This document shows positions 37,579 to 45,801 of a stretch of DNA of 64,000 nucleotides, one piece after another. The stretch comes from Patescibacteria group bacterium (GTDB lineage Bacteria; Patescibacteriota; Patescibacteriia; UBA9570): positions 68,739 to 132,738 of the forward strand of contig JBAZWO010000002.1 of NCBI GenBank assembly GCA_041660305.1, read 5' to 3'. The notes under the pieces are model-generated. The model ran no database searches. It worked only from the letters and a program-made list of their open reading frames with translations, and was not told the DNA's origin. Within the stretch, counting starts at the first letter, position 1. Each line of letters starts with the position of its first letter. Both the position numbers and the translations under genes were made by a program.

Positions 37579-39513
37579 ATGAGTGAACAAGTAAAAGAAT
37601 CTATCATTGCCTTTGCAGAAACTCGGTTTCGTAATCAACACCGCCGCTTTGGTATTAAATTAGATGATCGGCGGCGGCACATGTATCTAGTTGGTAAAAC
37701 CGGTATGGGTAAATCTACTTTACTAGAAAACATGATTATTGCTGATATGCGGGCTGGTCACGGTTTAGCGGTAGTGGATCCACACGGAGATTTGGCCGAA
37801 AAGATATTAAATTTTGTACCCAACGACCGAATTAACGATGTAATTTACTTTAATCCAGCGGATACTAAATATCCGGTGGCATTTAATATTTTGGAAAGCG
37901 TTGGCCCAGATTATAAGCATTTGATAGCTTATGGATTAGTAGGAGTATTTAAAAAAATCTGGGCGGATTCTTGGGGGCCACGGATGGAGTACATTATGAC
38001 TAATACAATCTTAGCTTTGTTAGATTATCCAGGCAGTACATTGTTAGGCTTAATGCGCATGTTAGTAGATAAACAGTATCGTAAGAAAGTAATTGATAAA
38101 GTAACTGATCCAGTAGTCAAAACGTTTTGGACAGATGAGTTTTCTAACTATTCAGAAAAATTTCGTACGGAAGCAATTGCGCCTATTCAAAACAAAGTTG
38201 GTCAATTTTTATCTTCTTCAATTATTCGTAATATTGTTGGTCAATCCAAGAGTACTATAGAAATGAGACAAATCATGGATAATAAAAAAATCCTAATTAT
38301 GAATCTAGCTAAAGGGCGAGTTGGTGAAGAAAATTCAGCGTTACTCGGTGCCATGATGATTACCAGATTGCAGATTGCCGCCATGAGCCGAGTGAATATC
38401 CCTGAAAACGAACGGAATGACTTTTTTCTTTATGTAGACGAGTTTCAAAACTTTGCCACCGATAGTTTTGCCAGTATTTTATCGGAAGCCAGAAAATATC
38501 GGCTGTGTTTAATTATGGCGCATCAGTACATTGAACAATTAGGCGATGTAGTTAAGCCGGCGGTGTTTGGCAATGTTGGCACAATGATTGTTTTTCGAGT
38601 TGGCGCGGCCGATGCGTTGGAATTGGAGCCGGAATTTACACCGCAATTTTTAGCCCAAGATATTGTAAATTTGCCCAAGTACGCTTTTTGTTTGCGTTTA
38701 ATGATTGATGGTATTGCTACCGATCCATTTTCGGCCATGGGCTTGCCGCCAGCCACCGGGCGCACAGATAATGGTGAAAAAGTAATTAAAGTATCACGCG
38801 AACGTTATGCTCACCCACAGGATCAAGTAGAAGATAGAATTATCAAGTGGAGTGGTGTGGAAATTAATCGGCCAAAAATTAATCAAGCCAGCAACGCAGA
38901 GCTAGGTAAAATAGAGGAAAAAGACAACGAACCAATTGAAGATAGCGTTGTTGAACAAGCGCAAGAAAAGTCCGAAGAAGTAGTTCAGCTGGATGTATTA
39001 CCAACGGTTAATCCATTACATTTTATTCTTGGTGTTAAACCAGAGGCAAAACCAGCAGTAAAAGCAAAAGAGATTATTTTAGAACCAGAGGAACCGGCTA
39101 GTGAAGAAAATGAAATACCGGCTAAACCAAAAATTAATTTTGTAAAACAACTCACGCAACCACCAGCGCCCGCACGTACAACAGAACTAGCCAGAGTTTC
39201 TGCGCCTACAATACCAGTAATACAGCCTAAGCCGGAAACAGTTATAGAACAGGTAAAACCGGCTGTAGTTAATCCAGTGCGCAACAGTGCTAAGTTAGTA
39301 GCAGATAAAAAAGAGGCGGTTATTTCTTTAAGTGCACTTAAGCAGGGTAATGTACCAAAAGTTAATTTTGGTAAAAATAAACAACCGTCACGACCAGTAT
39401 TTTCACAGCAACAGCCAGCTAAAGATGCAAAACCAAGGCCAGTAACAGCACAAACTAAACCGGTTAATAATGCTAATAATAAATACAAAGTAAATATTAA
39501 GGATTTGTTGTAA
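37579..39513 (+). CDS. P-loop ATPase of the VirD4/TraG/TraD (type IV coupling protein)-like class, with a low-complexity C-terminal tail
   Basis: HMYLVGKTGMGKST (Walker A), AVVDPHGD, FFLYVDEFQNF (Walker B) and ARKYRLCLIMAHQY. The last ~200 aa are P/A/K/E/Q/V-rich. Confidence 0.65.
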   Translation: MSEQVKESIIAFAETRFRNQHRRFGIKLDDRRRHMYLVGKTGMGKSTLLENMIIADMRAGHGLAVVDPHGDLAEKILNFVPNDRINDVIYFNPADTKYPVAFNILESVGPDYKHLIAYGLVGVFKKIWADSWGPRMEYIMTNTILALLDYPGSTLLGLMRMLVDKQYRKKVIDKVTDPVVKTFWTDEFSNYSEKFRTEAIAPIQNKVGQFLSSSIIRNIVGQSKSTIEMRQIMDNKKILIMNLAKGRVGEENSALLGAMMITRLQIAAMSRVNIPENERNDFFLYVDEFQNFATDSFASILSEARKYRLCLIMAHQYIEQLGDVVKPAVFGNVGTMIVFRVGAADALELEPEFTPQFLAQDIVNLPKYAFCLRLMIDGIATDPFSAMGLPPATGRTDNGEKVIKVSRERYAHPQDQVEDRIIKWSGVEINRPKINQASNAELGKIEEKDNEPIEDSVVEQAQEKSEEVVQLDVLPTVNPLHFILGVKPEAKPAVKAKEIILEPEEPASEENEIPAKPKINFVKQLTQPPAPARTTELARVSAPTIPVIQPKPETVIEQVKPAVVNPVRNSAKLVADKKEAVISLSALKQGNVPKVNFGKNKQPSRPVFSQQQPAKDAKPRPVTAQTKPVNNANNKYKVNIKDLL

Positions 39514-39610
39514 AAAATAGTTTAGTATAAATTATATTTACATCCCTGTTTAAAAAATTACCTAAAGTTAGATTAAAATAATACATATTAAGATAAACAT
39601 CAAAAACTAT

Positions 39611-39639
39611 TTGACCACGTTTAGATATGAGTTTATGCT
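39611..39639 (+). promoter_or_regulatory. Conserved TTGACC-N17-TATGCT box, copy 1 (upstream of paralog 1)
   Basis: ATTTGACCACGTTTAGATATGAGTTTATGCTGA is nearly identical to 61133..61165 and shares ATTTGACCACGTT plus TTATGCT with 44935..44965. Confidence 0.5.
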
Positions 39640-39646
39640 GAAAATA

Positions 39647-39713
39647 CTACCTCACCCCCCTGCCTACCGGCAGGCAGGCAACCCCTCTCCTCTAAGGAGA
39701 GGGGAATGAGGTA
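39647..39713. repeat. G/C-run palindromic element (R11), between the box and paralog 1
   Basis: CTACCTCACCCCC-CTGCCTACCGGCAGGCAGG-CAACCCCTCTCCTCTAAGGAGAGGGG-AATGAGGTA. Confidence 0.85.
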
Positions 39714-39731
39714 AAAATAATTTATAAAAAT

Positions 39732-41405
39732 ATGTCCAAACCACAATGTGTACAGTGTAGTAAAACATTCGTTATCACGGATAACGACGAACAATTTTAT
39801 CAACGCATTAGTGTTCCTAAGCCAACGCACTGTTCCGATTGCCGGGCACAACGCAGAATGGTTTGGCGCAACGAACGCACATTATATGCACGCGCTTGTG
39901 ATTTGTGTAAAAAGAACATTATTTCTATTTACGATGCCACTAGCCCATGTACTGTATATTGCAATGAATGTTGGCATTCTGATAAATGGAACGCATTGGA
40001 TTATGGGCGAAACATAGATTTTAGCAAACCGCTTTTTGAACAGCTAAAAGAGCTGTATATAAAAGTGCCAAGTATTTATGCCATGGTGGCCAGTAATGAA
40101 AATTCAGAATATACCAATGGTTCATTTTATAATAAAGGCAGTTATTTGATATTTGTCAGCGATCACAACGAAGACTCTATGTATTCTTATTGGATTTTAT
40201 ATTGTAAACAAAGTTTTGATTGTTTAAATACCATTAAAGCAGAGCTTTGTTATGAGTGTATTGGCTGTTCAAGTTGCTATAATGTGCAATATTCAGTGGA
40301 TTGCGCTAACTGCAACGAAAGTAGTTTTTTACTGGATTGCAAAGGTTGCCAAAATTGTTTTATGTCTTATGGATTGCGTAATAAACAGCATGTTTGGCAC
40401 AATAAACAATTAACGCCAGATGAATATAAACAAAAATTAACACAATTACAGCAAGGCAGTTATGAAAAAATTCAACAGCTTAAACAAGAATTTGAAGAAT
40501 TAAAGAAAAAACACACTTTTAAATATTATCATGGCCTGAATAATGAAAATTTTAGCGGTGATTATTTAGAAAGATGCCGCGGTAGTTTTAACTGCTTTGA
40601 AAGTAATGAATTAGAGCAGTGTAATTACGTAATTTTTGGTAACAAAAGCCGGGATTGCCATGATTGCTACGTGGCGGTAGATCAATCAGAATTATGTTAT
40701 GAAGATACTAGCGCGGTGGCTTTGTATAACGTGAAATATTCTTATTTAAATCAACATTTGCGTGATGCGGAATATTGCAATTACTGCAATCACTCCAATA
40801 ATTTATTCGGTTGTAGCGGAGTAACGAAAAATCAATTTTGTATTTTAAATAAACAGTATTCTGAAGTAGAATATCATAAATTAAAAGCCAAATTAATAGA
40901 GCATATGAAACAAACCGGGGAATACGGCCAATATTTTCCTATCAATTTATCGCCATTTGCCTACAATGAAACCGTCGCGCAAGATCAATACCCATTAACT
41001 AAAGAACAAGTGCTAGCTAATGGCTGGATATGGAAAGAACCAAAAGACACAACTGGTAAATATACCGATTTTAGAATTTGCGACAGCATAGCCAGCGTAA
41101 AAGATAATATTTTACAAGAAGTTTTATGCTGTAAACAATGTTATCGTAATTATAAAATTTTACCACAAGAATTAACATTTTATCGCCAATATAATATTCC
41201 TATCCCACGCTTATGTTTTAATTGTCGCCATTTAGCGCGCTTACAGCAAAAAAATCCCCGAGCTTTATGGCAACGCCAGTGCATGTGCACGCAAACCAGC
41301 CATAGCCACAATGGCAGATGTGCAACTGAATTCGAAACTACTTATTCAGATAAGAACCCTACTATAGTATATTGTGAGCAATGCTATATGAAGGAGATAA
41401 ATTAA
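39732..41405 (+). CDS. Cys-rich multi-CxxC protein, family paralog 1 of 11 (function unknown)
   Basis: 557 aa. N-terminal CVQCSKTF..FY..PTHCSDCR..RNER..CDLCKK..VYCNECW. Core has CYECIGCSSCY and FCILNKQYS. C-terminal block FAYNET, CCKQC..FY..CFNCRH, RQCMCTQTSHSHNGRC, YCEQCYMKEIN. Confidence 0.85.
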   Translation: MSKPQCVQCSKTFVITDNDEQFYQRISVPKPTHCSDCRAQRRMVWRNERTLYARACDLCKKNIISIYDATSPCTVYCNECWHSDKWNALDYGRNIDFSKPLFEQLKELYIKVPSIYAMVASNENSEYTNGSFYNKGSYLIFVSDHNEDSMYSYWILYCKQSFDCLNTIKAELCYECIGCSSCYNVQYSVDCANCNESSFLLDCKGCQNCFMSYGLRNKQHVWHNKQLTPDEYKQKLTQLQQGSYEKIQQLKQEFEELKKKHTFKYYHGLNNENFSGDYLERCRGSFNCFESNELEQCNYVIFGNKSRDCHDCYVAVDQSELCYEDTSAVALYNVKYSYLNQHLRDAEYCNYCNHSNNLFGCSGVTKNQFCILNKQYSEVEYHKLKAKLIEHMKQTGEYGQYFPINLSPFAYNETVAQDQYPLTKEQVLANGWIWKEPKDTTGKYTDFRICDSIASVKDNILQEVLCCKQCYRNYKILPQELTFYRQYNIPIPRLCFNCRHLARLQQKNPRALWQRQCMCTQTSHSHNGRCATEFETTYSDKNPTIVYCEQCYMKEIN

Positions 41406-41644
41406 TAATTATTATAAGTATTATCAGAGCGTTGTTCTAGGGCTAAAATAAAAATGTCATGATTAGTAACTCGAAAAATGATGCGATATTTTCCTTTGCG
41501 AACACGGTAAATATTAACTTGTCCTTTTAAACGCTTGCAATCTAAATTAGCGTATTGGCCGGCATTTATTTGTAGGAGTAATTGTTTAAAAAGCACCTGC
41601 TCTTTAGGTGTTAAGCGTAATAATGCTTTAGTGATTTTATCCAT
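41402..41644 (-). CDS. RelE/ParE-family toxin-like protein
   Basis: 80 aa with the IYRVRKGKYRIIFRV...ILALEQRSDNTY pattern, typical of RelE/ParE. An upstream antitoxin-sized ORF is present. Confidence 0.55.
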   Translation of the reverse strand: MDKITKALLRLTPKEQVLFKQLLLQINAGQYANLDCKRLKGQVNIYRVRKGKYRIIFRVTNHDIFILALEQRSDNTYNNY

Positions 41645-41665
41645 AACTTATAGAGATGTTTTACG

Positions 41666-41884
41666 CTATAAGCGATTTAGTAATTCATTAATATTTACAC
41701 CGCCTTTATGTAGTTTTGTAAAGTCAATTACTTCTTCCCATAGTTCATCGGTGATAGGGGAGATTTTAAAAACTGGTTCACTGCGACGATAAACAACAAA
41801 TGATTGTCCGGTTTGAACTTGTTGTATATAGGTATCCATATTTTCTCGCAATTTTTTTAAATAAATAATTTGTTTAGTAGTCAT
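41666..41884 (-). CDS. Putative antitoxin (Phd/YefM-like)
   Basis: 72 aa, encoded 21 nt upstream of the RelE-like gene on the same strand. The N-terminal IYLKKLRENMDTYIQQVQTGQSFVVYRRSEPVFKISP resembles Phd/YefM. Confidence 0.45.
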   Translation of the reverse strand: MTTKQIIYLKKLRENMDTYIQQVQTGQSFVVYRRSEPVFKISPITDELWEEVIDFTKLHKGGVNINELLNRL

Positions 41885-42008
41885 ACGGCCATTTATGTTT
41901 ACTACTATTAAGATTAATTTAAGTTTATCTTTACGTTAACCATTTGTCAAATATTAATTTGTGCATAACTCTATTGCCTAGTATTACGATGTATAGTAGA
42001 GTGATTGC

Positions 42009-43085
42009 ATGCAGATATTAACCAGAATAGTGCCGGTGGTATTAGATGACCAAGAAATTTATCCATCTGGTCATGTGATTATTGCCCAAGATCCATTAAT
42101 TCATTATCAATGGAATACATTAGAATTGCCGGATAATTTAGCTAATAGAGGTTATTATTTTGAAATTTGGGATAACGGTAATAAACCAGTACCTGGTTTT
42201 CGGGCACAAAAATTAGAAAGCAGTAGCATTTCGTTAAACAGCATTGACCCTAGCTTAATTCCGGGCATTCGCGTGGTAATATTTAAGCCTAGTACCGTTA
42301 CAGAAGCAATTAATGTAAATCAGCCGATTTATTTTACCTATCAACAAGCTACGAATTATAATTTATTTGGTTTAGCAATTCTTTTAACTTTAATTTATGC
42401 TGGTTTAATTTTAGCGGCCGTAAAATGGCATATTACTTTTAGAACAATTTGGCAAAACACTAAACAATTATTAAATAGGCAGATTGCTAGTGAAAATTTT
42501 GGCAAACGAATTGCTGTTTACGGTTGGTTGACTTTATTATGGTCGGGTTTATTTGGAATAATTGTAGGTAGCTATATTGGTGGTATTCAGATTATTTATT
42601 TAATTATAAAATTACCATTTTTATTAATTGGAGCGCTGATATTTTCGTTAATTAGTTTGGTAGTATTATCGTTATTATTAGGCGTGAAAGCTTCAGTAAA
42701 GGAAATTATCACGCAGGCGTTTCAATTAATTGCTATTACGGCTTTAGCGCTAGCTTCGTTTAGCCCGATTATGTGGTTTTATATTCATATTCCACAAGCG
42801 CATGATCAGTTATTGGTATCGATGGTAATGTTTTTTTGTATCAGTGGCATGTTAGCAGCGTTTTGCTTAGCTAAGTGGTTAAAACAGTTAAACTGGCTGA
42901 CACGTTTGGCAATTACTGGTATTTGGGTGTTGTTATATGGCATGATGTTGCTGCAGTTAGGCTGGTTGTTGCGGCCGTGGGTGGGCATTACGGATGATTT
43001 ACACGGTACGTTACCGTTTACTCGGTTATATTCCGGCAATGTGTATGTGGAATTATTTAATACAATTAATAGAACAACTAAATAA
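42009..43085 (+). CDS. Polytopic membrane protein with a ~115-aa soluble N-terminal domain
   Basis: 358 aa with at least 6 hydrophobic helices after residue ~118. The segment ALASFSPIMWFY resembles MALTPLTWFF of the next ORF. Confidence 0.5.
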   Translation: MQILTRIVPVVLDDQEIYPSGHVIIAQDPLIHYQWNTLELPDNLANRGYYFEIWDNGNKPVPGFRAQKLESSSISLNSIDPSLIPGIRVVIFKPSTVTEAINVNQPIYFTYQQATNYNLFGLAILLTLIYAGLILAAVKWHITFRTIWQNTKQLLNRQIASENFGKRIAVYGWLTLLWSGLFGIIVGSYIGGIQIIYLIIKLPFLLIGALIFSLISLVVLSLLLGVKASVKEIITQAFQLIAITALALASFSPIMWFYIHIPQAHDQLLVSMVMFFCISGMLAAFCLAKWLKQLNWLTRLAITGIWVLLYGMMLLQLGWLLRPWVGITDDLHGTLPFTRLYSGNVYVELFNTINRTTK

Positions 43086-43105
43086 AATTATTTATAAAAA
43101 AATTT

Positions 43106-43702
43106 ATGACAACATCACCCATTACGGCGTTACTAAAAAACAAAGAAGAATTATATAATGCCATTGAGCACAAACATACTTGGAACAAAACTACAGTCCA
43201 GTTTATCTTAGTAAGCATTATTGGTTTAGTATTATTTGGTTTTATGATGGGTACGTATTTACCGGGTTGGCAACATATGGTAGATACTATGTGGAAAATG
43301 ATCGTATTGGTGTGGGGACCGGTAATATTATGCACACCGGCGTTATATGTTTTTAGTTCGATTCGCGGTTCTACGATTAAAATATCAGAGTTAGTCTATT
43401 TGTTAATCGGAGCACTAGCCACCAGCGGTATTGTGTTAATGGCTTTAACACCGCTAACTTGGTTTTTCATGTGGACAACAGATAGTAAAGAATTCATTCA
43501 AGCTATGAACGGATTTTTTATTGGCTTGAGTTTGATGTTTGGTTTATTTTATTTTGGGCAGGGAATGAGATATGTGTATAAAAAAGTAAAAGTAACCAAT
43601 CCGCAAGCCAGCGCCGCGGTTGATGTATTGTTGCTGTGGTTTATATTATTAATAGTGGTAGTAGCACAAATGAGCGAAAAGTTGGGACCGTGGTATCAAT
43701 AA
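43106..43702 (+). CDS. Polytopic membrane protein, distant paralog of the membrane part of 42009..43085
   Basis: 198 aa with 5-6 hydrophobic helices. No motif recognised. Confidence 0.5.
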   Translation: MTTSPITALLKNKEELYNAIEHKHTWNKTTVQFILVSIIGLVLFGFMMGTYLPGWQHMVDTMWKMIVLVWGPVILCTPALYVFSSIRGSTIKISELVYLLIGALATSGIVLMALTPLTWFFMWTTDSKEFIQAMNGFFIGLSLMFGLFYFGQGMRYVYKKVKVTNPQASAAVDVLLLWFILLIVVVAQMSEKLGPWYQ

Positions 43703-43768
43703 GACATCATTATCCCCTGATCAATTCTCTCGCGTCTGCGTAGCCATGCACGTTACGGTAAGAGCCTA

Positions 43769-43797
43769 TTGAAGAGAAGGAGAAATTGTAGTATAAT
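43769..43797 (+). promoter_or_regulatory. Sigma-70-like promoter
   Basis: TTGAAG (43769..43774), a 17-nt spacer, then TATAAT (43792..43797). The first ATG follows 10 nt later at 43807. Confidence 0.45.
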
Positions 43798-43806
43798 TAG
43801 GTTAAT

Positions 43807-43944
43807 ATGCAAACAAATACATCACAAGCTAGTTCGGAATTAACTGAGAACGACATTAAGCAATATCAAAAGAATTTACAAGACTCTATTAAGTTGCTTA
43901 ATAATTTTTTGGAGTTGGCTAAGATTCAAATAAAAAATCAATAA
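43807..43944 (+). CDS. Possible 45-aa helical peptide (below the ORF-track cutoff)
   Basis: Encodes MQTNTSQASSELTENDIKQYQKNLQDSIKLLNNFLELAKIQIKNQ*. The stop lies 2 nt before the next ATG. Confidence 0.3.
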   Translation: MQTNTSQASSELTENDIKQYQKNLQDSIKLLNNFLELAKIQIKNQ

Positions 43945-43946
43945 AT

Positions 43947-44774
43947 ATGATAGAACGTGAAAAAGGGGGGCTGCGACCTCCACAAACAAAAAGGGAAGAA
44001 GAAGTTATTGAGCCTGAGATCGTACAAGAGAAATTTCCTTCAGGTGAAAATACAACTGCTGTCGTAATAAGACAACTTAAACAAGAAATAGCTAAACTAC
44101 AAGATGAGGCATTAATGTTTGAGTCATCTGAACCAACTGAAAAGAAGTTGGAAGTTTTACAGCAGCTAGTTGAAGAATTAACAAATTTAACCACACAAGT
44201 AACGACCGAGCTTTATAAGAAGGACCCTGATCAATTTCAGGAATTAATAGTTAAGATTGAACGGCTTCTGGCGAAAATTGAAAGTAACTTAATTACTTTT
44301 ACTGCCGCAGTAGAAATTCAGTATCCGAAAGTAAGTTTATTTCAAAAACTAGCTTTAACCGTGATTGCCATAGTACGTGGTAGTGTTAGAGAGTCCACTC
44401 TACTGCGAATTTTGGGAGATAATCCAGCAAAACGTCGTGCGCTTCTTGGTGCAGCTGGACAATTTCGTACGGTAGTTCTCCAACATAAAGGACAATTAGA
44501 AGAAGTTAAACAACGAGTTCAGGAGGAAATTGATAGACCGATATTACTACGTCAAAAAAAACTTTTAAAAGATAATGAACGCTATCAGGAGTTAATAGTG
44601 AAAAAAAGAAAAGAGGAACAGTCCATTTCGTGGGATAAAAAACAGAAGCTTCAAGTAAATCAACTTAGTGTTACCGAATTGGAGTCAATTGAAAAGGAAA
44701 TGCTTCAAATTGAACAAGAAACAAAGGAACAAGTAGAACGAGAATTATTAGCTGCACAAGATTCAAAGAAGTAA
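43947..44774 (+). CDS. Coiled-coil-rich hypothetical protein
   Basis: 275 aa, E/K/Q/L-rich with heptad-like stretches. No catalytic motif recognised. Confidence 0.5.
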   Translation: MIEREKGGLRPPQTKREEEVIEPEIVQEKFPSGENTTAVVIRQLKQEIAKLQDEALMFESSEPTEKKLEVLQQLVEELTNLTTQVTTELYKKDPDQFQELIVKIERLLAKIESNLITFTAAVEIQYPKVSLFQKLALTVIAIVRGSVRESTLLRILGDNPAKRRALLGAAGQFRTVVLQHKGQLEEVKQRVQEEIDRPILLRQKKLLKDNERYQELIVKKRKEEQSISWDKKQKLQVNQLSVTELESIEKEMLQIEQETKEQVERELLAAQDSKK

Positions 44775-44936
44775 GATCTTTTTAATCGTCATTTTGAGTT
44801 ACATAGAAGCTTTTTAGTGTTGAGGATTGTTATTATCAATTAATTGTAGTACAATATAGTTTGACATTGATAGTTTAAAATATTAGCTAATTTTAGATTT
44901 ATATTTAGTTATACACAGATTAAAATATAAACCTAT

Positions 44937-44965
44937 TTGACCACGTTAAACCTTAACCTTATGCT
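44937..44965 (+). promoter_or_regulatory. Conserved TTGACC-N17-TATGCT box, copy 2 (at the TrmB-like gene)
   Basis: ATTTGACCACGTTAAACCTTAACCTTATGCT. The TATGCT contains the ATG (44961) that best fits the TrmB-like N-terminus, so its role as promoter or operator is unresolved. Confidence 0.4.
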
Positions 44966-45737
44966 TACAACGAAGTTAAAACAAGATCTTTTAAAACTAG
45001 GGTTATCCGATAACGAGATAAAATTTTACGTAGCCGGCTTAGAATTAGGCTTAGCTACTATTCCCCAAATTGCCGAGCGAGCCAGTTTATCGCGCATGAG
45101 CGGCTATAATATTTTTAAAACGCTTAGCCAAAAAGGGATGGCCGATATGGATGTGCGTAGCTACGGCCAGAAATGCAAAGTGGCTAAACCGGCTAAGTTG
45201 CTAACGCTGTTTGAAGACACTAGAAAAAGCATGGATAAATTAGCGACAAATTTACCAAATTTAATCGGCGAATTAAATGTACTATATGCCAGCGTGCCGG
45301 AAGATTTAGAGATTCATTATTTTCGAGCCAAAGAAGCCGTTACCAAAATTTGGGATGAAGCGTTAACGAACACCAAAAAAGGCGATGACATTCTCACGTT
45401 ATCAGCTGTGGATTTCGCGCCAACATTTGGTGAGCAATACGTGGAATTTTTGGAAGAACTGGCGTTGCGCTGTAACGAAAAGGGCATTCATCATAAGATG
45501 ATATTGGAAAAAACCGGCACCTATACTTTAGAGCGGCGAGTCATCACGGAATTGTTTCCAGAATCAGTCCAGATGAAATTAGGCGCCACTTGCGAGCAAA
45601 TGGTGTACGCGGATTATGTAGCTTATATTTTTCCCGGCCGTGAATTATTTGGTATTTCAATTCATAACCGCGAATTAGCCAATCATCATTCCAGGATTTT
45701 CTATACGCTGTGGAATAAGATGTATAACGTCGGGTAA
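44961..45737 (+). CDS. TrmB-family HTH transcriptional regulator
   Basis: LLKLGLSDNEIKFYVAGLELGLATIPQIAERASLSRMSGYNIFKTLSQKGM is a TrmB-type wHTH. The start is uncertain (track start is TTG at 44937). Confidence 0.7.
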   Translation: MLTTKLKQDLLKLGLSDNEIKFYVAGLELGLATIPQIAERASLSRMSGYNIFKTLSQKGMADMDVRSYGQKCKVAKPAKLLTLFEDTRKSMDKLATNLPNLIGELNVLYASVPEDLEIHYFRAKEAVTKIWDEALTNTKKGDDILTLSAVDFAPTFGEQYVEFLEELALRCNEKGIHHKMILEKTGTYTLERRVITELFPESVQMKLGATCEQMVYADYVAYIFPGRELFGISIHNRELANHHSRIFYTLWNKMYNVG

Positions 45738-45740
45738 AGT

Positions 45741-45788
45741 CCTACATCACCCCGCCCTTCGAGCACCCCTCTCCTCTAAGGAGAGGGG
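45741..45788. repeat. G/C-run palindromic element (R12)
   Basis: CCTACATCACCCCGCCCTTCGAGCACCCCTCTCCTCTAAGGAGAGGGG. Confidence 0.75.
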
Positions 45789-45801
45789 AATTATTAAAAT
45801 T

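Noticed and set aside
38985-39488. 167-aa minus-strand ORF antisense to the ATPase gene tail; likewise 3477-3704, 7561-7968, 11648-11842, 12434-12691, 13169-13431, 14814-15140, 15312-15536, 18242-18499, 19561-20190, 21326-21805, 22486-22734, 22944-23171, 23443-23728, 24654-24881, 27252-27494, 28964-29485, 30506-30849, 33444-33809, 34060-34386, 35138-35467, 36175-36378, 37011-37429 and 38523-38765
   Set aside because: All lie inside and antisense to, or out of frame with, well-supported genes. They have biased low-complexity or Cys/Ser/Thr-rich composition typical of shadow ORFs.
41535-41792. 85-aa plus-strand ORF across the toxin-antitoxin pair
   Set aside because: It is antisense to both small minus-strand genes, whose size, order and RelE-like motif make a better explanation.
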